From: Planctomycetota bacterium
Lineage (GTDB): Bacteria; Planctomycetota; UBA1135; UBA2386
Length of the DNA stretch: 64,000 nt
NCBI GenBank assembly: GCA_965228735.1
Contig: OZ245838.1
Location: 3,936,001 to 4,000,000, forward strand
Direction: 5' to 3'
The notes under the pieces: model-generated
Told to the model about the DNA's origin: nothing
Databases searched by the model: none
Seen by the model: the letters and a program-made list of their open reading frames with translations, nothing else
Part shown: positions 29,917 to 38,215 of the stretch, one piece after another
Position numbering within the stretch: the stretch's first letter is position 1
Layout: each line of letters begins with the position of its first letter
Position numbers and translations under genes: made by a program

Positions 29917-31167
29917 ATGCACCGCCAGCTTCTTCTCGCCCTGGCAGCGATGTTCACGTTCACCTTCGGAGCCGTGGCTCAGGAGGATCCGCCGCAGGCG
30001 CAGACCACAGCGCAGACGAACGGTGATTACATGGCGAAGGAGGAGCTCAAGCTCCGCCTCAAGCCGATGCGACTCGCGCAGGTCGAGGTCGAGCTCGAAG
30101 CCTGGCTCGGCATCCTCGAGAGCAAGACCCGTGAGATCGCGACGAACCAGATCGCGAACAACAACGCGCCGGCGCCGACAGCGGATGACGAAGCCGCACA
30201 GATGGCGATCGTGGACCGTGTCGAGGTGGTGATCGATGCGTATCGGAAACGCGGTGCGGACTCGGCGAAGATCGAGACCTACGAAGCCTACGTGGCTTCC
30301 GCGACCGGCGTCGAGATCGACTCGGGTGACATCGCCGGCCTGGTCAACTACGCGAAGGACTGGCTGGTTTCGCCGACCGGCGGCATCGAGCTCGCGCTCA
30401 ACATCGTGTTCTTCCTGCTCACGATCATCGCGTTCCGCATCCTCGCCGGGATCGCGGCGCGCATCGTCCGCACAGCGGTGTCACGCATGAAGAAGACGTC
30501 GGAGCTGCTGCGCGACTTCTTCGTCACCGTGACGCGTCAGATCATCAACATCATCGGTCTCGTCGTCGCGCTCTCGGTGCTCGGCATCGAGGTCGGGCCG
30601 TTCGTCGCCGCGATCGGCGCCGTCGGCTTCATCGTCGGTTTCGCGCTGCAGGGCACCCTCGCCAACTTCGCGGCCGGCATCATGATCCTGGTCTACCGCC
30701 CGTACGACGTCGGCGAGGTCGTGACCGTCGCGGGCAAGACCGGCAAGGTCGACGCGATGTCGCTCGTGTCGACGACGCTGCGCCTGTTCGACAACCAGGT
30801 CGTGATCATCCCCAACGGCTCGATCTGGGGCGACGTGATCCAGAACGCGACGACCGAGGACACGCGCCGCGTCGACATGACGTTCGGCTGTGGCTACGAC
30901 GACGATCTGAAGAAGGTCCAGAGCGTGCTCGAGGACATCATCAACAACCACGAGAAGGTGCTGCAGGACCCGGCTCCCGTGGTCAAGCTGCACGAGCTCG
31001 CCGACTCGTCGGTCAACTTCGTCGTGCGGCCGTGGTCCAAGACCGCCGACTACTGGGACGTCTTCTGGGACGTCACGCGCACGGTCAAGGAGCGCTTCGA
31101 CGCCGAAGGGCTCAGCATCCCGTTCCCGCAGCGGGACGTGCACATGCACGAGGTCAAGGCCGACTGA
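29917..31167 (+). CDS. mscS: Small-conductance mechanosensitive channel with periplasmic N-extension
   Basis: GFALQGTLANFAAG, PYDVGE, IPNG, RRVD, LADSSVN and IPFPQRDVH motifs. Confidence 0.93.
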   Translation: MHRQLLLALAAMFTFTFGAVAQEDPPQAQTTAQTNGDYMAKEELKLRLKPMRLAQVEVELEAWLGILESKTREIATNQIANNNAPAPTADDEAAQMAIVDRVEVVIDAYRKRGADSAKIETYEAYVASATGVEIDSGDIAGLVNYAKDWLVSPTGGIELALNIVFFLLTIIAFRILAGIAARIVRTAVSRMKKTSELLRDFFVTVTRQIINIIGLVVALSVLGIEVGPFVAAIGAVGFIVGFALQGTLANFAAGIMILVYRPYDVGEVVTVAGKTGKVDAMSLVSTTLRLFDNQVVIIPNGSIWGDVIQNATTEDTRRVDMTFGCGYDDDLKKVQSVLEDIINNHEKVLQDPAPVVKLHELADSSVNFVVRPWSKTADYWDVFWDVTRTVKERFDAEGLSIPFPQRDVHMHEVKAD

Positions 31168-31194
31168 GTCGGCCGACCACCCGCCCGAACGCGA

Positions 31195-31228
31195 AACGCC
31201 CGCTGCGTCGATCGACGCAGCGGGCGTT
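31195..31228. terminator. Perfect 34-bp palindrome between convergent genes; probable bidirectional terminator
   Basis: AACGCCCGCTGCGTCGA|TCGACGCAGCGGGCGTT. Confidence 0.75.
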
Positions 31229-31265
31229 CTCGTTGGTCCTTCCGGCCCATGGCCGGGAGGAACGA

Positions 31266-32687
31266 CTACAGCCAGTTGATCAGGAGCGGCGCCGACAGCG
31301 TGAACGTCGCCAGGTCGCCGGCCTGCATCTTGGCGCCGAAGCCGCCGAAGCCACCCGGGATCTGGATCAGCTGACGCGCGAAGCCCTCGGGATCCGCGAG
31401 CGGCAGCAGCACGCCGAGCGCCGGGATGTTGGGGTAGTACTCGTCCCAGCTCGGGCCGAAGAACGTGCCGAGCGGGCTCACGGGCAGGCGACCCGGGAAC
31501 AGACCCGGCGCACCACCGAGGAACTCGAGGTCGAACACCAGGACGACGAAGCCGTTGGGCGTCGCGCCGCTGATGTCGATGTTGAAGTCCGCGGGCGTCG
31601 TGCCCTGGAACACCGGGAAGGTGTCGCAGTGCATCGCGTTCGGACCCTGCGGCGAGCTGAACTGGAACGCGATCGCCGACGGGTTGCGCGGGTTGGGACC
31701 GCCGAAGCCGCCCGCGAGACCGAAGGCCGCAGCACCCTGGAGCGGGACACCGTTGACCGACGGGACCACGCCCGGCGTCGAGTTCGAGGGGTTGTTCTTG
31801 GTGCTGACGAGGCCTTCGTCGGCGTTGTCCTGGTTGCACAGCCACAGGTGCGGCATGGTCAGGTTCGTCGTGCTGCTCGTGTAGGTGCCGCCCGTCGGAT
31901 CGAGCGCGATGCCGAGCAGGTCGCTGTTGGCGTTCGTGCCGCCGAAGCTGTAGCCGGCGTTGGTGAAGATCGCGAGCACCTCGGCTTCCGTCAGGACGAT
32001 CTCCGCCGTGCCGGGCGCGACCGCGGTGACGAGGCCGGTCGGGCCGAACGTGAGCGCCGAACCCGGAATGCGCATGACGCCGCCATCGGCCATCGCCGTG
32101 CCGTTCACGTCGAAGTTCGCCGTGAACGTGAAATACATGTCGCCCGTCGTGACATCGAACGTGAAGCCGTTGACGTCGGGGTTGCTCGTGCTGCTGTTGG
32201 CCGCGGTGATGATCTGCGCCTGGCTGATCACCGTCTCGACGCCGGTCTGGTTGCCGTCGTTGAAGAGCCGCACGATCGAGCCCTGCGACAGGGTGCTGCC
32301 GTTGAGCAGCCCGCCGCCGTCGACGTCCACCGAGGTCGAGAACCAGATGCCGAAGAACTTCGCCGGCGCGGGCGAGCCGAGCGGCACGTGCAGCGCGTCG
32401 ATCTCGCCGACGATGCTGTCGCCGTATTGCCCGTCGCTGTCGTCGTCGCCGAAGAACGCGCACCACGTGCCGTAGTCGCAGTATGGGTAGGCGAACGCCG
32501 TGACGCCCGGCGAGTGATACATCACGCCGTCGTCACCGACGATCGCCGCGTCGTTCATGTTGGCCGACGCGAGGCGGACGGTGTCCTCGAACACGAAGAC
32601 GAGATTGGCGGGACCCGTGTAGTCGCTCTGGGCCAGGGCGGAGCCGGCGAGCAGGGCCGTGGAGGTGAGTTGCAGGATCTTGTTCAT
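31266..32687 (-). CDS. Secreted hypothetical propeller-like protein with C-terminal domain
   Basis: Signal peptide MNKILQLTSTALLAGSALAQ; IDALH..WFST and VNGF..YFTF repeats. Confidence 0.75.
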   Translation of the reverse strand: MNKILQLTSTALLAGSALAQSDYTGPANLVFVFEDTVRLASANMNDAAIVGDDGVMYHSPGVTAFAYPYCDYGTWCAFFGDDDSDGQYGDSIVGEIDALHVPLGSPAPAKFFGIWFSTSVDVDGGGLLNGSTLSQGSIVRLFNDGNQTGVETVISQAQIITAANSSTSNPDVNGFTFDVTTGDMYFTFTANFDVNGTAMADGGVMRIPGSALTFGPTGLVTAVAPGTAEIVLTEAEVLAIFTNAGYSFGGTNANSDLLGIALDPTGGTYTSSTTNLTMPHLWLCNQDNADEGLVSTKNNPSNSTPGVVPSVNGVPLQGAAAFGLAGGFGGPNPRNPSAIAFQFSSPQGPNAMHCDTFPVFQGTTPADFNIDISGATPNGFVVLVFDLEFLGGAPGLFPGRLPVSPLGTFFGPSWDEYYPNIPALGVLLPLADPEGFARQLIQIPGGFGGFGAKMQAGDLATFTLSAPLLINWL

Positions 32688-32819
32688 GGTCTGGATCACG
32701 AGTGGTGAGTTCAGGGCGACCATGGTCGGGCTACGACCACACCGTGGAAAGAACGGTCTGTGAACATCCGGGGAAGACCGGCGCCGACCGATGCGGTCTA
32801 CCAAAACCCCGCTGCGACG

Positions 32820-32846
32820 TGCATCCGCGGCCGCTCGCGGACCGAA
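32820..32846 (+). promoter_or_regulatory. Putative ECF promoter TGCATCC-N15-CCGAA for the SDR
   Basis: Exact motif ending just upstream of ATG 32862. Confidence 0.72.
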
Positions 32847-32861
32847 TTGCTTCGAACACCC

Positions 32862-33599
32862 ATGGCAACTCACGTCGTTCTCGATGGCACCGGCGGAATC
32901 GGTGCTGCGCTCGTCCGTCGCCTCACCGACCGTGGCGACACGGTCCTCGTTGCGGCCCGGAACGAGGACCGGATCGCCGCCCTGACCGGTGAAGTGCAAA
33001 ACGCGCACGGTCACGCCGTCGACGCGACGTCGTTCGACGCGGTCGAGGCCTGTCTGCAGGCGGGCAAGGAGCTCGGCGACGGTCAGCTCGACGGCGTCGC
33101 CCTCTGCGTCGGCTCCATCCTGCTGCGCCCGGCGCACGCGACGAGCTTCGAGGACTGGCAGGAAACGATCGCGCTCAACCTCACGTCGGCGTTCGCCGTC
33201 ACGCGCGCCGCGGCGAAGACGATGCGCAGCGGCGGCTCGGTCGCGTTCTGCTCGTCGACCGCGGCGACGATCGGCCTCGCCAATCACGAAGCGATCGCGG
33301 CCGCGAAGGCCGGCATCGAGGGCCTCGTGCGCGCCGCGGCCACGACCAACGCCGCGCGCGGCCTGCGCTTCAACGCGGTTGCGCCGGGCCTCGTCGATAC
33401 CCCGATGGCCGAATCGCTGACGGGCAGCCCCGCCGCGCGCGCCGCTTCGGAGAAGCTGCACCCGCTCGGTCGGATCGGCGAGCCCGACGAGGTCGCGAGT
33501 CTGCTCGCGTGGCTGCTGGGGCCGGATGCGACCTGGATGACGGGTGAGGTGATCCGGATCGACGGTGGGATGTCACAGCTGAAGCCGCCGACGCGCTGA
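32862..33599 (+). CDS. SDR family oxidoreductase (atypical active site IAAAK)
   Basis: GTGGIG, NAVAPGLVDT, HPLGRIG and GEVIRIDGG motifs; the YxxxK Tyr is replaced. Confidence 0.9.
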   Translation: MATHVVLDGTGGIGAALVRRLTDRGDTVLVAARNEDRIAALTGEVQNAHGHAVDATSFDAVEACLQAGKELGDGQLDGVALCVGSILLRPAHATSFEDWQETIALNLTSAFAVTRAAAKTMRSGGSVAFCSSTAATIGLANHEAIAAAKAGIEGLVRAAATTNAARGLRFNAVAPGLVDTPMAESLTGSPAARAASEKLHPLGRIGEPDEVASLLAWLLGPDATWMTGEVIRIDGGMSQLKPPTR

Positions 33600-33618
33600 C
33601 AGCGCCGGCCCGACCCAA

Positions 33619-33660
33619 CTCAGCGCAACCGCTCAGCGCGACCGCTCAGCGCAGTCGCTC
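33619..33660. repeat. Degenerate 13-bp tandem repeat x3 covering the stop of the FecR gene
   Basis: CTCAGCGCAACCG CTCAGCGCGACCG CTCAGCGCAGTCG. Confidence 0.6.
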
Positions 33661-34962
33661 GCGCCACTGCTCGAGGACTTCGTCGCGCTCGCCGACCGGC
33701 GCCTCGCGCCAGAACTTCAGGTCCTTCATCGCGTTCTTCGCGCCGCCGACGACACGCTCGAGCGCCCGGAAGCCCGCCGACCGCACGTTGACGTCGTTGC
33801 TCTCGAGCATCGCGAACAGCCACGGCGCCTGGCTGAACTCGGCGTGGCGCTCGATCATCTTCGCGGTCTTCTCGCGCAGCGCGGCGTCCCGCATCTCGAC
33901 CGTGTACTCGTAGAGCAGCGGCACGATGCGCGCGCCGTAGCGCCGCAGCTCGAGCACGGCCTCCTCGCGGAACCGGCCGGCGACGTAGGCCTCGACGAGC
34001 GCTTCGATGCTGTCGTTCATCTCCTGCGCGTCCTGCTGCAGGATCACCATCGGCACCATCCACCCTTTCACAGTGGGCACGAACGGGATGCGCTCGGGGC
34101 GGCTGATCGCGCCCTTCTCGTCGATCCACACGCGCGTCCGCTGCGTCACTCGCCGCGAGTCACCGCCCGCGGTGCGGATCTTCACGAAGCCGCTGAGTGC
34201 GAGCACGGCGCAGCCCTTCTCCTCCCGCTCGACGACGACCTCGGAGTCGCCCGTGAGAATCGTGGCGAAACCGGCCTCGATCCGGATCTGCTCCGGCGCC
34301 CCCATCGGCTTCATCCACAGTCGCCCGGCTTGCAACACGAACTCGGACTCGTCGATGAGCGCCACCGAATCGCGATCGAGCCGGACTGCCATGTCGGTGC
34401 CGTAGACGTAGATGCCCGCGAAGGCAGGCCCCGTACGGAACTGCGTGCCCCACTTGCAGTGGTAGCTGTTCGGGTAGAGCTCCTGCACGCCCTCGCCCGG
34501 CTCGTCGATCTCGATCTTGCCGAGGAAGTTGGTGAAGTAGAGCCCGGTCTCCATCGCCGGGCTGGGCTTCAGGTTGTTGTTGTTCTGCTTGTCCTGCGGA
34601 TCCTGGCCGTCCTCCGGGTTGCCGTCCGGGTTCTCGCCGTTCGGATCGCCCGTCTGGCCATCCCCCGTGCCGTCGGTCGTCCCATCGGTCGACGCGACGT
34701 CCTCACCCGTGGGCGTGAGCGCCGAACTCGTCGCGAGGCCCAGCACGATCCCGAGCGCGAGCACGCCGAGCAGCACCGCGGCGAGCGGCAGACCGATCGG
34801 GCCCCGCGGAGCGGGCTCCGGACCGGACGCGGCCACGGGCTCAGGCGTCACGTCCTCGATGGGCATCGCGTCCTCGAGCGCCGCGAGGACGGCCTGCGCG
34901 TCGTCGACGGGATCGCCGGCCAGCGGCCGGAGCGCGTCGCGTAGTTCGCGGTCGAGGTTCAT
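33646..34962 (-). CDS. FecR-like anti-sigma/sensor with C-terminal HEAT region
   Basis: TM helix, acidic linker, VRLDRDS..LQAGRLW..LSGFVKI FecR pattern; downstream of an ECF gene. Confidence 0.7.
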   Translation of the reverse strand: MNLDRELRDALRPLAGDPVDDAQAVLAALEDAMPIEDVTPEPVAASGPEPAPRGPIGLPLAAVLLGVLALGIVLGLATSSALTPTGEDVASTDGTTDGTGDGQTGDPNGENPDGNPEDGQDPQDKQNNNNLKPSPAMETGLYFTNFLGKIEIDEPGEGVQELYPNSYHCKWGTQFRTGPAFAGIYVYGTDMAVRLDRDSVALIDESEFVLQAGRLWMKPMGAPEQIRIEAGFATILTGDSEVVVEREEKGCAVLALSGFVKIRTAGGDSRRVTQRTRVWIDEKGAISRPERIPFVPTVKGWMVPMVILQQDAQEMNDSIEALVEAYVAGRFREEAVLELRRYGARIVPLLYEYTVEMRDAALREKTAKMIERHAEFSQAPWLFAMLESNDVNVRSAGFRALERVVGGAKNAMKDLKFWREAPVGERDEVLEQWRERLR

Positions 34963-34975
34963 GCCACCCCTCCCT

Positions 34976-35587
34976 TCATGGCAGCCCTCCACCCGAACGG
35001 TTCGGCGCCGTCTCGTCCGAGGTCTCGTCATCACCGCTGAAGTCCTCGCCCAGCGCCTGCTTGAGCTGCTGGCGCGCGCGGTGGAGACGTTGACTGACGG
35101 CACCTTCGGTGATTCCGAGCATTGCGGCGATCTCCGCCATCGGCTTCTGCTCGAAATAAAACATCAGTACGGCTTCGCGAAGCGCCAATGGCAACCGTCC
35201 TACCTGACGGCGCATGTGCTCGAGACGTTCCTCCCGAATATCCGCGATTTGGTCCGGCTCGCTCGGCGTGGCGAAATCCACATCCGCCGTCGCCACGGGC
35301 TCACGACCCGAGCGGCGGATGGTGTCGACACAGATGTTATGGGCGATGCGGTGCAAGAACGCTGGAAAACGCTGCGGGTCTTCGAGACGAGACAAACCCC
35401 GAAATGCCCGCAGGAATGCTTCCTGAACCAGATCGTCCAGGTCGTCGCGCCGGCCTGTCCGCGCGAGGCACACCGCGCGTACGGACCGTGAGTATCGGAC
35501 TACGAGGAGTCCGAATGCCTCACGCGAACCGAGGATCGATTGGCGCACCAGGTCTTGATCCCTGGTGCCGGGAGCAATTGCCGACAA
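34976..35587 (-). CDS. ECF sigma factor
   Basis: DDLVQEAFLRAF, FLHRIAHN and EIAAMLGITEGAVSQRLHRAR motifs; TTG start is uncertain. Confidence 0.9.
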   Translation of the reverse strand: MSAIAPGTRDQDLVRQSILGSREAFGLLVVRYSRSVRAVCLARTGRRDDLDDLVQEAFLRAFRGLSRLEDPQRFPAFLHRIAHNICVDTIRRSGREPVATADVDFATPSEPDQIADIREERLEHMRRQVGRLPLALREAVLMFYFEQKPMAEIAAMLGITEGAVSQRLHRARQQLKQALGEDFSGDDETSDETAPNRSGGGLP

Positions 35588-35792
35588 GATCGGGTTGATA
35601 CGGAAGTCGCAGCGTTTTCGCCAGTCACGACAGAGAAACTGGGAATCGACGCTCGCGGTAGCCGCTGTTCTACGACCGGTTGCCGGCAAATCCTTGGAAC
35701 GGGTGAACTTCCGCACTCCACTGGATCGATGGCCGCAGGGTGGTAGACATGCCGATTCCAAGAGCCCCCGCCCCGTAACCGCCCTTCCCACC

Positions 35793-36881
35793 GTGCGTGT
35801 CCTCTCCGTCGTCGGCGCCCGCCCCAACTTCATGAAGGTGGCGCCCCTGACCGCCGCCCTGACTCGGCGTGGGCACGAGAGCCGGCTGGTCCACACGGGC
35901 CAGCACTACGACGACAACATGTCCGCGGCGTTCTTCCGCGATCTGCGGCTGCCGGAGCCGGACCACTATCTCGGGGTCGGTTCGGGCTCCCACGCGCAGA
36001 TGACGGCGGCGGTCATGACCGCGTTCGAGCCGATCCTGATCGAGGAAAAGCCCGATGTCGTGGTCGTCGTGGGCGATGTGAACTCGACCGTGGCCTGCAC
36101 GCTCGTCGCGACCAAGATGCACGTGCCCGTCGCCCACGTCGAGGCCGGGCTGCGCAGCCGCGACCGCACGATGCCCGAGGAGATCAACCGGCTCGTGACA
36201 GACGCGGTCGCCGACCTGCTGCTGACGCCGTCACCCGACGCCGATGAGAACCTGCGGGCGGAAGGCGTGCCCGCCGAACGCATCCACTTCGTCGGCAACA
36301 TCATGATCGACGCGCTGGCCGCGCGCTTTCAGAACGCGCCGCCGACCGACGTGATCGCGCGGCTCGGTCTCGAGGACGGCAAGTTCGGCGTCGTCACGCT
36401 GCATCGCCCGTCGAACGTCGACGACCCGGCGACGCTGCAGGGCATCGTCGACGCGCTCGTCGAGCTCAGCGCCGAGCTGCCGCTGGTGTTCCCGTGCCAC
36501 CCGCGCACGCGCAGTCGCCTGCAGATCGACCCCGCGGGGGCGCCGCAGCTGCACCTGACCGAACCGCTCGGCTACTTCGACTTCTCCACGCTCGTCAAGG
36601 GCAGCCGCCTCGTGCTGACCGACTCGGGCGGACTGCAGGAGGAGACGACCTGGCACGGCATCCCGTGCGTGACGATCCGGGAGAACACCGAACGGCCGAT
36701 CACGATCACGGCGGGCAGCAACGTGCTCGCCGGCAACGATCCGCGGAAGATCCTCGAGCTGGCGCGCGCGGCGCTGCAGCGTGGCGAACGGGAGGAATTC
36801 GGGGTGCCGGAGCTGTGGGATGGACGGACCGCCGACCGTATCGTGGACGTGTTGGAACAGTGGTGGGCGGTTCGGAGTTAG
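35793..36881 (+). CDS. wecB: UDP-N-acetylglucosamine 2-epimerase (non-hydrolysing)
   Basis: VGARPNFMK, HTGQHYD, HVEAGLRS, PEEINR, TDSGGLQEE and TERP motifs. Confidence 0.95.
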   Translation: MRVLSVVGARPNFMKVAPLTAALTRRGHESRLVHTGQHYDDNMSAAFFRDLRLPEPDHYLGVGSGSHAQMTAAVMTAFEPILIEEKPDVVVVVGDVNSTVACTLVATKMHVPVAHVEAGLRSRDRTMPEEINRLVTDAVADLLLTPSPDADENLRAEGVPAERIHFVGNIMIDALAARFQNAPPTDVIARLGLEDGKFGVVTLHRPSNVDDPATLQGIVDALVELSAELPLVFPCHPRTRSRLQIDPAGAPQLHLTEPLGYFDFSTLVKGSRLVLTDSGGLQEETTWHGIPCVTIRENTERPITITAGSNVLAGNDPRKILELARAALQRGEREEFGVPELWDGRTADRIVDVLEQWWAVRS

Positions 36882-38215
36882 TCGGACAACGCGGCGAGCC
36901 ACGACAGGAGCGGTTGGAAAGACCGCTCGGTGCCGTACGCCGTGGCCGGCTCGACGTCCATCGCGCCGCCGACCAGCCGCGCGATCGCGGCCGCGAGTTC
37001 GGCCGTCTGATCGTGCGTGAAGCAGTGGCCCGGCCCGCACGCCGCCTCGACGATGCGCCACGCGTCGCCGACCTTGCCGACGAACAGGATCGGCCGCCGC
37101 GCCATCAGGTAGTCGTAGAGCTTGGCCGGCACGAAGATGTTGTCGGCATCCTCTTCGCCGTTCACGAGCACGAGCGCGGTCGTGCCGCGCATCGCGCGCA
37201 GCGCCTCGCCGAACGGCACGTGGCCGTGCTGCCGAACGGCGGCCTTCACGAGGTCGCGCGTCGGCGCGAGGTCCTCGGTGAGCAGCGCCTGCGAGTCGGC
37301 CGCACCGCTGAACGCGTCGAGCCGCACCGTCCGCAGCACGTCGTCCGCGAGCGCGGACAACGCGCGCACGAACGGCAGCAGGCGACGGCGCGGGTAGATC
37401 GTGCCGAAGTAGCCGAGGTGGATGCCGGGGCGGCGCTCGATCGCGGGGCCCTGCGACTCGACCTGCTCCATGAGCGCGAAATCGGCGCCGTTGCGCATGA
37501 CCTCGACGTCGAACGGCAGACCCGTGCCGGCGCCATCAGTGTCCCCCATGTGTTCGAGGAAACTCGCCCTGGCCTCTTCGGTGTTGACGAACAGCACGTC
37601 AGCGTGCCGCAGCCAGCCGCGTTCGCGGTCGCGCAGGCGGCGCTGCAGCCGCGGGTTGCCGGCCGCGGTCCAGACGTTGCCCGTGAGCAGATCGCGGTAG
37701 TCGACGACGATCTTCACGCCGGGCACGAGTTTGCGAAGGCGCGGAATCGCGAGCAGCTGGCCGTGCGGGCCGCACGACAACACGACGACGTCGATGCCGT
37801 TCTCGCGCACGAGCCGGGGCAGGTGGCGCTTGAGCCGCAGCGCCCATTCGACGTGTCGATCGGGCAAGGCGAGCCACTTCGGCAGCTCGTGGTAGAGCGA
37901 CCGCAGGATCTTCTCCGGCAGGTTGCGCGCCGCGGGCCGGGAGTTGAGCGTCGGGCCGCCGAGGCCGTGGCGGACGACCGCGGGCGGGATCAGCGCCGCG
38001 AGCGTATCGTCTCGGACTTGCAGCAGCCGTTCGTCGAGACTGATCCAATGAACGTCGTGGCCGTGCGCGAGCAGCACGCGGCTCAGACGCAGCACGCGGT
38101 GGGATGCGACCGCGGGTTGCGGGGGCGCATAGAAGCTCACGATCGCGACGCGCCGGGCGCGATGCGCGCTCTGGTCGTCGCCAGGGGTCTCGGAGGGCTC
38201 GGCCGAAGCTGACAT
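36878..38215 (-). CDS. Glycosyltransferase, GT4-like
   Basis: VVDYRD, VMRNG, YFGTIY and PAKLYDYL..RPIL motifs. Confidence 0.85.
   Translation of the reverse strand: MSASAEPSETPGDDQSAHRARRVAIVSFYAPPQPAVASHRVLRLSRVLLAHGHDVHWISLDERLLQVRDDTLAALIPPAVVRHGLGGPTLNSRPAARNLPEKILRSLYHELPKWLALPDRHVEWALRLKRHLPRLVRENGIDVVVLSCGPHGQLLAIPRLRKLVPGVKIVVDYRDLLTGNVWTAAGNPRLQRRLRDRERGWLRHADVLFVNTEEARASFLEHMGDTDGAGTGLPFDVEVMRNGADFALMEQVESQGPAIERRPGIHLGYFGTIYPRRRLLPFVRALSALADDVLRTVRLDAFSGAADSQALLTEDLAPTRDLVKAAVRQHGHVPFGEALRAMRGTTALVLVNGEEDADNIFVPAKLYDYLMARRPILFVGKVGDAWRIVEAACGPGHCFTHDQTAELAAAIARLVGGAMDVEPATAYGTERSFQPLLSWLAALSD

Noticed and set aside
34976..35790. Horizontally acquired island suggested by locally AT-richer sequence
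   Set aside because: Short, with no mobility genes or boundary repeats; consistent with a regulatory gene and its promoter region.
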